DNA of 63,334 bases, counting the filler. It is 8 parts of 8 records of this genome, joined end to end, with 100 filler letters (N's around TTAATTAATTAA, not from the genome) between each part and the next. Parts side by side here need not be neighbours in the genome. Positions count along the whole stretch, not along the records: positions 45,672 to 51,739 come from DRR723986_29788; positions 51,840 to 57,947 come from DRR723986_29806; 6 more parts are not named here. One strand, written 5' to 3'. The position numbers and the translations under genes are program-made. Below the pieces are notes generated by a model, which was given only the letters and a program-made list of their open reading frames with translations, searched no databases and was not told where the DNA came from. Positions 45,672 to 54,415 of the stretch are shown piece by piece; position 1 is the stretch's first letter; the number at the start of each line of letters is the position of its first letter.

Positions 45672-46388
45672 CATCATCACCGCAAAGATGATGATCGGCA
45701 GCAGACCGGCCCGCAGCAGGCGCAGTTTTTCGTCGCGGGGCATATCGCGGTCTTCGGCAGATAGCACCGGACCAAGCGACGGGTTAATCCGGCACCGAAT
45801 GGCGATATAGGCGATGAACATAGAGGCCATCATCAGCCCCGGCACCACACCGGCCAGCCACAATTGCCCCACAGGTTGCCGCGCGATCATCGCATAAAGC
45901 ACCAGAACAACCGAAGGCGGCACCAGGATACCAAGCGACGATCCGGCCTGAATGACCCCGGTGACCATGCGTTTGTCATATCCGCGTTTGAGAAGTTCCG
46001 GCAGGGCAATGGTGGCCCCGATGGCCATACCTGCCACGCTCAGCCCGTTCATCGCCGAAATCAGCACCATCAGGCCAATTGTGCCAATGGCCAAGCCGCC
46101 GCGAAGGCCTCCCATCCAGACATGGAACATCTTGTACAGATCGTCGGCAATCTTGGATTCCGACAGGACATAGCCCATGAAAATGAACATCGGGAGCGTC
46201 AAAAGCGGATACCATTTCATCAGCTTCATCGCAGCGGCAAAACCAATGTCATAACCGCCCCTGTCGCCCCAAAGCAGCAAAGCGGCAACAACGGCAATAA
46301 ACCCGATAGCACCAAACACCCGCTGGCCGGTCAGCAGCATCAGCATCATGGTTGAGAACATCAACGTGGCGATCAACTCGTAAGGCAT
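45672..46388 (-). CDS. TRAP transporter large permease (DctM), 3' truncated
   Basis: LLTLPMFIFMG, GILVPPS motifs. Confidence 0.9.
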
Positions 46389-46945
46389 TATATTTCTTCA
46401 CCTTTCAGGCGCAGCACGTCTTTGCAGAATTCGGAAAGGCATTGCAGTATCATCAGTGTGAACCCGATGATCATCACCAATTTGATGGGCCACATATAGG
46501 GCCGCCAAACGGAGGAAGACCGCTCAAGACGCCCCACCTCTTCGCTGCCGGTGATCACGCCAAAGAGATAGGACAACGGCTCTGTCTTCCAATAGCCCAG
46601 CGAATACGCGGTTGAGCTGATGGCGCCGTAGAGCAGCACCAGGAGATAGAAGATCAACAGCAACACGGTGAACAGATCCACCCATGCCTTGCGGCGCGGC
46701 GACCAGCCACCATATAGCAGATCCATCCGCACGTTCGATCCCAGTTGCAGCGAATAGGGACCGCCAAGGATGTAATAGCCAACCATCACAAACTGCGCCA
46801 TTTCCAGCGTCCAAAGCGAAGGCAGGAAAAAGGTCTTGCTCACCGAGGACCACAGCAGGATGCCCATCAAGACAAAGATGCCGTACATGGTAATCCGGCC
46901 AATGCGATAATTCACCGCGTCCACCGCAGTGATATAGCCACGCAT
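46388..46945 (-). CDS. TRAP transporter small permease (DctQ)
   Basis: NVRMDLLY motif, four TM helices; start overlaps upstream stop. Confidence 0.88.
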   Translation of the reverse strand: MRGYITAVDAVNYRIGRITMYGIFVLMGILLWSSVSKTFFLPSLWTLEMAQFVMVGYYILGGPYSLQLGSNVRMDLLYGGWSPRRKAWVDLFTVLLLIFYLLVLLYGAISSTAYSLGYWKTEPLSYLFGVITGSEEVGRLERSSSVWRPYMWPIKLVMIIGFTLMILQCLSEFCKDVLRLKGEEI

Positions 46946-47724
46946 CACGCCACGCATGTCACGGCCCCTTTTGCCTGGGTCAGTTTATAGGCGCTTGAGA
47001 GCCATCCGGCGATCATATCGGCCATGGCTGTCTGGCGCTCTGGCGTGTCGATCAGATCATTGCGGATTTCCAGCATCACGTTCATATGCCCGTTGGCGAT
47101 ACCGTGCTCTTTCAAAGTATGGGTCACGCCATGCTCGGGGCCGTAGGGCGCATTGCGCTGCACCACCGCATCCGTGTGATCCGCTGCATTTTGCAGCATC
47201 GCATCGGCAAGCCGCGTGTCGCTGTCATGCAGCACGCCAATTTCTACCGCGCGGGTCTTGCCGTGATAGACCGGAGTGAAACTGTGAATGGTGACGATCA
47301 CGGGCTCGGCCACTTGTGCCGCGGTCTTGGCCACGGCATCGCGGAAGGGCAGGTAATAGGCCGCTGTCCGCGCATCGCGCTGGGATTGCGACAGGTTCTG
47401 GTTGCCCGGAATGTCGAAAATCTCGCTTTTGGGCGGCATCGCATCCGGCGCTTCGGGCGGGCGGTTGCAGTCGTAGACCAACCGCGAGATACAGCTTGCC
47501 ACCAGCGCCGCATCAAGCCGTTCGGCCAGCCGCCGCGCCACGGGCATCGCACCGGGATCCCAGGCCGCGTGACTGGTCAGAGCATCCCCCGAAAGGCCAA
47601 GATTTTGAAAGCTATCGGGAATATAGTGCGAGGCATGTTCGCAGACCAACACAACAGAAGAGCCAGCCGCGGGGTTAACCAGCTGCACAACGTCTGTTTG
47701 TTCTTGATTCTGTGTGTCCGTCAT
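46945..47724 (-). CDS. N-formylglutamate amidohydrolase family protein
   Basis: CEHAS, HAAWDPGA, SRLVYDCNR, HSFTP, EIRNDLI; GGAGG RBS before MTDTQ. Confidence 0.9.
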   Translation of the reverse strand: MTDTQNQEQTDVVQLVNPAAGSSVVLVCEHASHYIPDSFQNLGLSGDALTSHAAWDPGAMPVARRLAERLDAALVASCISRLVYDCNRPPEAPDAMPPKSEIFDIPGNQNLSQSQRDARTAAYYLPFRDAVAKTAAQVAEPVIVTIHSFTPVYHGKTRAVEIGVLHDSDTRLADAMLQNAADHTDAVVQRNAPYGPEHGVTHTLKEHGIANGHMNVMLEIRNDLIDTPERQTAMADMIAGWLSSAYKLTQAKGAVTCVA

Positions 47725-47777
47725 CACGCCTCCATGACGGCCAACCTGAGCGGCGACAGGGCACTCTGTCAACAAAA

Positions 47778-47797
47778 TTGTGAAAAATATATCACAA
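47778..47797. promoter_or_regulatory. Palindromic operator between divergent genes (likely for the RpiR regulator)
   Basis: TTGTGA-N8-TCACAA. Confidence 0.5.
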
Positions 47798-47842
47798 CAA
47801 AGTTTCATTTGTTATATTATCAATCAAAAGGGGAGGGTGACT

Positions 47843-48715
47843 ATGTCTGAGGCACCACTGACAATTTCAGATCGCATTCAGGAAAAGCTGGATGATCTGA
47901 CCCGCGCAGAGCGGCAGTTGGCCCATTCCATCCTCGAAAATTACCCCGCATCCGGGCTTGGCCCGCTCACCGCGCTGGCAAAGGATGCCAATGTTTCGGT
48001 GCCCACGGTGGCGCGGATGGTGCAAAAGCTGGGGTTCAAAGGCTATCCCGATTTTCAATCCGAGCTGCGCGAGGAGCTAAAGGCCAAAGCCAAAGACCCG
48101 ATCGAGAAGCACGACACCTGGGCCGAGAATGCCCCGTCAGAACATATGCTCAATCGGTTTACCGACGCGGTGATCGACAACATCCGTCATACCCTTGGCC
48201 AGATTGATCCAAAGGGATTTGATGAAGCCTGCGCACTGGTCGCCGATGATCAGCGGCACCTGTACATTGTCGGCGGACGCATCACACATACGCTGGCGGA
48301 ATATCTGTTTTTGCACATGCAGGTGATCCGCCCCAAGATCACCCATATCCAGTCCACGTCAAACACATGGCCGCATTACCTTTTGGATGTGAAGGAGGGC
48401 GACGTCTTTGTGATCTATGACGTGCGCCGCTACGAGAACAACACGCTCAAGCTGGCGGAAATGGCCCATGCGCAAGGGGCCAAGATCATCCTGTTTACCG
48501 ATCAATGGCGCTCTCCGGTGCATCAGTTGGCTGACATCAGCCTGTCGAGCCGAATTGTCGTGCCCTCCGCATGGGACAGCGCGGTGACCACCATGCTGCT
48601 GACCGAAACCATGATCTCGGCTGTGCAGAACCTGAGCTGGGGCGACACAAAAGAGCGTATGGAAGAGCTTGAAGAGATGTTCGACCAGACCAAATTGTTC
48701 CGTAAATTCACCTGA
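47843..48715 (+). CDS. MurR/RpiR family transcriptional regulator
   Basis: HTH (VSVPTVARMVQKLGFKGY) plus SIS domain. Confidence 0.92.
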   Translation: MSEAPLTISDRIQEKLDDLTRAERQLAHSILENYPASGLGPLTALAKDANVSVPTVARMVQKLGFKGYPDFQSELREELKAKAKDPIEKHDTWAENAPSEHMLNRFTDAVIDNIRHTLGQIDPKGFDEACALVADDQRHLYIVGGRITHTLAEYLFLHMQVIRPKITHIQSTSNTWPHYLLDVKEGDVFVIYDVRRYENNTLKLAEMAHAQGAKIILFTDQWRSPVHQLADISLSSRIVVPSAWDSAVTTMLLTETMISAVQNLSWGDTKERMEELEEMFDQTKLFRKFT

Positions 48716-48796
48716 CCCAACTGGGCAAGTTGCCCCATGGTGCCGGGTGGTCGGCAGTGGCAAGATAGGCCTGAGCAGAGCAAGGGAATGGCATCA

Positions 48797-49477
48797 ATGG
48801 CGCAAACAGATCTGACCACCAATTGGGTCGAACGCTTTGCCGGGCTGGCGCGGCTGGAGCCGGAGATCAAGCAGACCTTGCTGAGCCGCAGTGCAATTGT
48901 CGATGTGCCCAAAAACACGATGATTTTCGGGCCGGACCGGTCGCCAGAGAACATGCTGTTTCTTCTGGATGGCACAGTGCGGGTGCAACAGGTGTCCGAG
49001 ACCGGCCATGAGATCGTGCTGTACCGCATTCACGCCGGAGAAAGCTGCGTGCTGACCACTGCCTGTTTGCTGGCCTATGAGGATTACGCGGCTGAAGGGA
49101 TTTCGGAAACAATGGTGAAAGCGGCCGCTGTGCCCCGCGATGTGTTTGATGATCTGGTGGCGCGGTCCAAGTCCTTTCGTGACTTTGTCTTTGCGGCGTT
49201 CTCCAAGCGGATCACCGATCTGTTTCGGATGATTGATGAGGTCGCCTTTCAACGGCTGGATGTGCGGCTGGCCGACCGGTTGATTGATCTGTCCGAAGGC
49301 GCGGATCGGGTCGCCACCACCCATCAGAAACTCTCGGTCGAGCTGGGCACAGCCCGCGAGGTGATCTCGCGGCAATTGCAGGAATACCAGCGCCGCGGCT
49401 GGATCGCGCAGGGGCGGGGCAGCATCACCATGACCAATCGCGCCGCGTTGGAGCAATTGGCGGGGCATGTGGGATAA
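48797..49477 (+). CDS. Crp/Fnr family transcriptional regulator
   Basis: cNMP-binding domain (LYRI.AGESC) and HTH ELGTAREVISR. Confidence 0.92.
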   Translation: MAQTDLTTNWVERFAGLARLEPEIKQTLLSRSAIVDVPKNTMIFGPDRSPENMLFLLDGTVRVQQVSETGHEIVLYRIHAGESCVLTTACLLAYEDYAAEGISETMVKAAAVPRDVFDDLVARSKSFRDFVFAAFSKRITDLFRMIDEVAFQRLDVRLADRLIDLSEGADRVATTHQKLSVELGTAREVISRQLQEYQRRGWIAQGRGSITMTNRAALEQLAGHVG

Positions 49478-49491
49478 TCTCCTTTGGCCTT

Positions 49492-49506
49492 GGTGACATT
49501 GTCACC
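49492..49506. promoter_or_regulatory. Putative Crp/Fnr-type binding site
   Basis: GGTGACA-T-TGTCACC perfect palindrome upstream of the DUF2892 gene. Confidence 0.6.
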
Positions 49507-49562
49507 GTGACAGGCCGCGCCATCTGGTAAGATGGGTTAACGCTTGAAAAAGGAGAGATGAG

Positions 49563-49775
49563 ATGACTGCCAATGTAGGATCAATCGACCGCGTTTTGCG
49601 TATTGTTTTGGGGCTGGTTCTGATCGCCCTTCCGTTTTTGTCGAATATGGCCCTGTTTGCCAGCGGCACCGCGACCGTGATTGCCGTGGTGGTCGGTCTG
49701 GTGCTGATTGCCACATCCGCGATGCGGTTTTGCCCGCTTTACCGGATTTTTGGCATTCGGACCTGCAAACTCTGA
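49563..49775 (+). CDS. DUF2892 (YgaP-like) membrane protein
   Basis: NVGSIDRVLR...FCPLYRIFGIRTC. Confidence 0.9.
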   Translation: MTANVGSIDRVLRIVLGLVLIALPFLSNMALFASGTATVIAVVVGLVLIATSAMRFCPLYRIFGIRTCKL

Positions 49776-49876
49776 TTGGTCTGTCCTTTGCCATACCCCT
49801 TGAGCGCTTTGCCGTGCTGCGTTTACTCTGAACGCGGCACGCATGCATTTCACCCCGAGAAACCAAGGATTACCCT

Positions 49877-50758
49877 ATGACCTATCCCGTTGATCTGTCG
49901 GTAAAGCCGGATGTCTCAGCCCATTTTGATGAGGCCACCAACACGATCACCTATATCGTCAAAGATCCCAGTAGCAATCACTGCGCGATCATCGACAGTG
50001 TGATGGACATCAACTACGCCGCCGGGCGGATCACCTATGATCACGCTGATGCCCTGATCAAGGAGATCACGGATCGCGGGCTGACGCTGGACTGGATCAT
50101 CGAGACCCATGTGCATGCCGACCACCTGAGCGCTGCGCCCTATCTGCAGGAAAAGCTGGGGGGCAAGATCGGCGTGGGGGAAAAGATCCTCGTGGTGCAG
50201 GACACCTTCGGCAAGATCTTTAACGAAGGCACGGAGTTTCAGCGGGATGGCTCGCAATTTGATGCGCTGTTTAAGGATGGCGACACCTATATGGTCGGCA
50301 ACATGCAGGGCTTTGCCATGTATACGCCCGGCCATACGCCCGCCTGCATGGTGCATGTGATGGGCAATGCGGCCTTCGCCGGGGATACGCTGTTTATGCC
50401 CGATGGCGGTTCGGCCCGCGCCGATTTCCCCGGCGGCGATGCAGGGCAGCTTTACGATAGCATTCAAAAGGTGTTGTCGCTGCCTGATGAGACCCGGTTG
50501 TTCATGTGCCACGACTACGGCCCCAATGGCCGCGCGATCATGTGGGAAACATCCGTCGCCGAACAGAAAGCTGACAACATCCATGTGGGCGGCGGCAAAA
50601 CCCGCGATGAGTTTATCAAGTTCCGCACCGAGCGGGACAAGCAGCTTGACGTGCCCAAACTGATCATCCCGTCTTTGCAGGTAAATATGCGTGCGGGTGA
50701 AGTGCCAACGGACAAAGACGGCAATCCGATGCTCAAGGTGCCGGTGAACGGGCTTTAA
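49877..50758 (+). CDS. MBL-fold persulfide dioxygenase (Blh/ETHE1-like)
   Basis: ETHVHADH, TPGHT, GDTLF, ARADFPGG, MCHDY. Confidence 0.88.
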   Translation: MTYPVDLSVKPDVSAHFDEATNTITYIVKDPSSNHCAIIDSVMDINYAAGRITYDHADALIKEITDRGLTLDWIIETHVHADHLSAAPYLQEKLGGKIGVGEKILVVQDTFGKIFNEGTEFQRDGSQFDALFKDGDTYMVGNMQGFAMYTPGHTPACMVHVMGNAAFAGDTLFMPDGGSARADFPGGDAGQLYDSIQKVLSLPDETRLFMCHDYGPNGRAIMWETSVAEQKADNIHVGGGKTRDEFIKFRTERDKQLDVPKLIIPSLQVNMRAGEVPTDKDGNPMLKVPVNGL

Positions 50759-51739
50759 TCCGGCAAGGTCTCACGCAACACAGACAGGGGCGGCAATTGC
50801 CGCCCTTCGGCGTCAGCGGTGTGCAGATCGTAGTTGAACCAGAACCGTTCTTTGCCTGTGTCACGCACGCGCACGGCATCCGGCAAGTCCAATGTATCCA
50901 GCCCAGCATCAGCGCAGGCCGCAGCCATGACCCGTTTCAACGCAGCCTGATCCAGCCACGCCCCGACATAGCGCAGATGCCTTGTGGCGCAGACCGCCGC
51001 ACTGCCATCCTCACTGCGCTCCAGCACCTCTGCACTGCCTTCCAATTCCTCGCAATAGCCGGTGATTGCGCCGCCACCTTGCAATGGTCTTGGCATGTCG
51101 GAACGCAGGCTTTCCACACGCGCGACAGTCACATCCAGCCCCGGAATCGCGGGCGGCATCGGCAAAGGAATGCGCATATCCACGTCTCGCGCCCCGCTGC
51201 GCGGCCCAAAGACCACCTGCGCCTGTGCCTGCGTCAGAGCGACCTTCAAGGGGGCAGGCATATGCATCAGGCCGGGTGCGGCGATGACTTTGTACCCACT
51301 GAAATCTTGCGTATCGGGGGGCAGAATATCCACTGACAATCCCAGACGGCGCAAGGCCTTGTAGGTGTCAAACACAAGCCCGAAATAACTGAGCCCCGCA
51401 CCATGGGGTTGCACCGTCCAAGCGGCATCGGCGTCATAGTCAAAGATCAGGGCAACAGGCGCCTGCGCGGCAGCGACATCGGGCGCATCGGAAATTTCAC
51501 TGGCGACCTTGCGGGCCTCGTCCAGCCCCGGCGCATCTGCACTGTCAATCCGCAGCAAGCCGCTGTGCATCTGTTCCTGCGCAAAGGGTGCCTGCCGCCA
51601 ACGGAAATAACACACCGCCTCAGCGCCATGGGCAAAAGCCTCCCATGACCAAAGCCGGACCATGCCGGGGGCGGGCGCGGGGTTGGACGGGGCCCAGTTC
51701 ACCGGCCCGGGCTGTTGTTCCATCACCCACCAGCGGCCC
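50755..51739 (-). CDS. Beta-galactosidase GH42, 5' truncated
   Basis: MEQQPGPVNW, YFRWRQ...EQMH motifs; trimerisation domain. Confidence 0.9.
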
Positions 51740-51845
51740 NNNNNNNNNNNNNNNNNNNNNNNNNNNNNNNNNNNNNNNNNNNNTTAATTAATTAANNNNN
51801 NNNNNNNNNNNNNNNNNNNNNNNNNNNNNNNNNNNNNNNGCATGA

Positions 51846-52536
51846 GCAGGTTTCCAGTGGGTCGATACAGTCGACCAACAGGGACCACACACCGGACGTG
51901 CCTTCCGTGGTATAACGCCAACGCAAGTTCGCGTTGTGGTTCTCGGGCAGGACCCATACCCTCAGCAGGGTCAAGCGACGGGCCGGGCCTTTGAGGACGC
52001 GGCCTGGGACGGAAGGCCCGAACATCTTGCCGACAGCCTGCAGGCCATTTTCCAGTCGGCGCTTCTGACCGTACGGGATGACCTCGATATCGAGCGGCAG
52101 CAGGCGGATTGTCCAGGCATGATGCGCGCCATCGCAGACGGTCAGATCGCGCTGCCGCCGAGGCTCGATACCTGCTTCGATGGATTAGCTGCGCAGGGTG
52201 TCCTGTTTATCAATGCGGCCTGGACCTTCTCCGGGAGGCCGCACAAGAAAGCTCATCTTGCCTTCTGGAAGCCCGTCACGGAGTTTCTTATTCGAAAGCT
52301 TGCAGCAGACGACGCCATCCGGGTTGTTTTTCTTCTTCTGGGTGAAGACATTCAGAAGATGTGCTGGAAGGCAGATCTCATCTGCAGGAACGCGGCATTT
52401 GTTTCGAATGCTCATCCCTCCCCCCGTCCGTCCGGTCCTACTTCGCGAATGAGCCCCCCTAACTCGGGTCAATGAGGCTCTGGACGACCTTGGCAGGGAT
52501 CGGATCACCTGGAGGCCTCCAGGGCTGGCGGCATGA
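51846..52536 (+). pseudogene. ung: Frameshifted uracil-DNA glycosylase (UNG family)
   Basis: RAF..VRVVVLGQDPYP, GVLFINAAWT, HPSP in one frame; C-terminal LTRVNEALDDLGRDRITW in another frame; in-frame TGA at 51843. Confidence 0.7.
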
Positions 52537-52605
52537 TCCTCGCCTTCCCTGTCCTTGGCGGGATGCCCGCCGGATCATGCCTCATATCGACCTCATAACT
52601 CAGGG

Positions 52606-52631
52606 CTTAACACTATTGGTAATAATGTTAA
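52606..52631 (+). repeat. Putative tyrosine-recombinase core site, left copy
   Basis: C-TTAACACTA-TTGGTAA-TAATGTTAA; 23/26 identical to 57279-57304. Confidence 0.7.
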
Positions 52632-52735
52632 ACGATGGAATTTTTCTTCCCATCTCCTGCGGTAAGATGCCTGCTTTTTAAGCAATTATTAAAAAAACAG
52701 ATCTACACTCAAGTGCTATCAGGAGGATATGCACC

Positions 52736-52924
52736 ATGCAGGGAAAGGCTTGGATGGTTGAGGTCGTTGATGATTTGTACCGATTTTCTGCGGCTAACAA
52801 CCTAAAATCGACAGCAATGCAACTCTTGGCGGTCAAGGGGGTCTTGCTTTTGGAACTCGAAGAGGAGAGTGGCGCGGATCGCCCTCGTCCGGATTTGAGA
52901 TGCGTAGGAGGATCCGTTTTTTGA
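52736..52924 (+). CDS. Small hypothetical protein of Rhodobacteraceae type
   Basis: AGGAGG RBS; W.VEVVDDLYRFSAANNL pattern recalled from small roseobacter proteins. Confidence 0.55.
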   Translation: MQGKAWMVEVVDDLYRFSAANNLKSTAMQLLAVKGVLLLELEEESGADRPRPDLRCVGGSVF

Positions 52925-53061
52925 ACGGGATGGGGCCAGATCACCGGTCTTCCGCATAGCTTTACTGTTTTGGCCAGTCGGAAGTTGTGAATACTCAAGT
53001 CACTGGCCTTCTTGCTGCTCAATGACACGGTTTATCCGCCGATCCCCAAAAAGGCTGATCG

Positions 53062-53439
53062 GTGAAACAGGATCACGCTCTAACGCAATGGTTTCGGAAC
53101 GCTGTTGCCGGGGCCGATGACAAGAAGTTAATCATGAATGTGATCCTTGAAGACAGTGGTGGTGTGCTCATCCAGCGAAAGCTGTTGCTTGTGTTGGTGC
53201 ACAAGGCTCGACAAATGCAGGCTGCGGAGTGGGCCTCATTGCGGCTTCGCTGGCTTGCGGTATCCTGTCAGATTAGGCGTGCCGCTATCGAGAAGGCTAT
53301 AGCGCGGTACGATATTCCTGATTTGTGCTATACTGACCTACTAACCCGCTCTGACGAGAATGAAACGGTCAGGATCAGCAAGGCGTGCTTTGAAAGCTTG
53401 TCCGATCAATGGTTCCGGCATCACGCCTTGATGCGATGA
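53062..53439 (+). CDS. Hypothetical protein
   Basis: 125-aa ORF only. Confidence 0.4.
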   Translation: MKQDHALTQWFRNAVAGADDKKLIMNVILEDSGGVLIQRKLLLVLVHKARQMQAAEWASLRLRWLAVSCQIRRAAIEKAIARYDIPDLCYTDLLTRSDENETVRISKACFESLSDQWFRHHALMR

Positions 53440-53488
53440 TCGGATCGATATGAAGATCTCGATGAAATAATCGAGGCGGCCGGGCCGA

Positions 53489-54376
53489 TCATCGCATCGC
53501 CGCGATAGCCTCTGCGGATGAGATCAAAAGTTGTATGTCTTCGGGGTTCGGGGCGTCGGCGGTCGCCATGGTCGCGACGACCTCACCATCAATGCGCAGT
53601 TCCGTCTGATCCGGATCGCTTTCCGAGGGACCCAATGTGACTTCGGCATCCGCCTGATCCGGAGAAACAAGGACCACCACAACATCGTCGTCGGGATTGA
53701 AATCGGCCAGATCCGCGCCGCCACCATCCGCGTTGCCCGGCCCGAAGAGGACAAACGTGTCCTTTCCTTCCCCCCCATAGGCATGATCGCCCTGGCCTGC
53801 GATCAAGACATCGTCTCCATTGGCACCAATCAGGTAATCCTCGGCTTCGTCACCGCCAACAAGCGTGTCGTCACCGTCTCCGCCGAACAGGCTGTCCTGT
53901 CCAAGGCCGCCGTTCATCAGGTCGTTTCCGGCGCGCCCATGTAGCGCATCGTCATCTGCACCGCCATAGAGCGTGTCGTCGCCCTCATCGCTGACAGCGA
54001 TGTCGTCCCCGGCGCCGCCAAGAAGCACATCCGCGCCTGCACCGCCAAGAAGCTCATCCTTGCCGGCATCACCAACAAGGAACTCGTCATCGGTACCCCC
54101 TTCAAGGGTGTCGTCGCCGTCGGTTCCGGACAGGACGATGTCGTCAGCCTCGGGCTCCGGGGCGTCTTGCAAAGCCTCTGCAGCGTAATCCAGCAGGCTT
54201 CCCTCATCGGTCGAGACCTCTCCATCTTCAGCGGTTGACGCCTCCTCTCCAGTGTCATCAGCCGCGTCCGGCGACATCGTTGCGTCGTCGTCTTCCGCGA
54301 TCTGCTCAGTGGGCATTGCAAGCGCCAAGGCGACTCCGCCCATGCAAAGCAGTCCGATCATCATGAACATAGTCAT
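53489..54376 (-). CDS. Membrane-anchored RTX/hemolysin-type calcium-binding protein
   Basis: N-terminal hydrophobic helix; multiple GGxGxDxL repeats; very acidic. Confidence 0.85.
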   Translation of the reverse strand: MTMFMMIGLLCMGGVALALAMPTEQIAEDDDATMSPDAADDTGEEASTAEDGEVSTDEGSLLDYAAEALQDAPEPEADDIVLSGTDGDDTLEGGTDDEFLVGDAGKDELLGGAGADVLLGGAGDDIAVSDEGDDTLYGGADDDALHGRAGNDLMNGGLGQDSLFGGDGDDTLVGGDEAEDYLIGANGDDVLIAGQGDHAYGGEGKDTFVLFGPGNADGGGADLADFNPDDDVVVVLVSPDQADAEVTLGPSESDPDQTELRIDGEVVATMATADAPNPEDIQLLISSAEAIAAMR

Positions 54377-54415
54377 ACCCTTCTGATTTGAGCAGAAACC
54401 GTGAAACTGCCTGGT

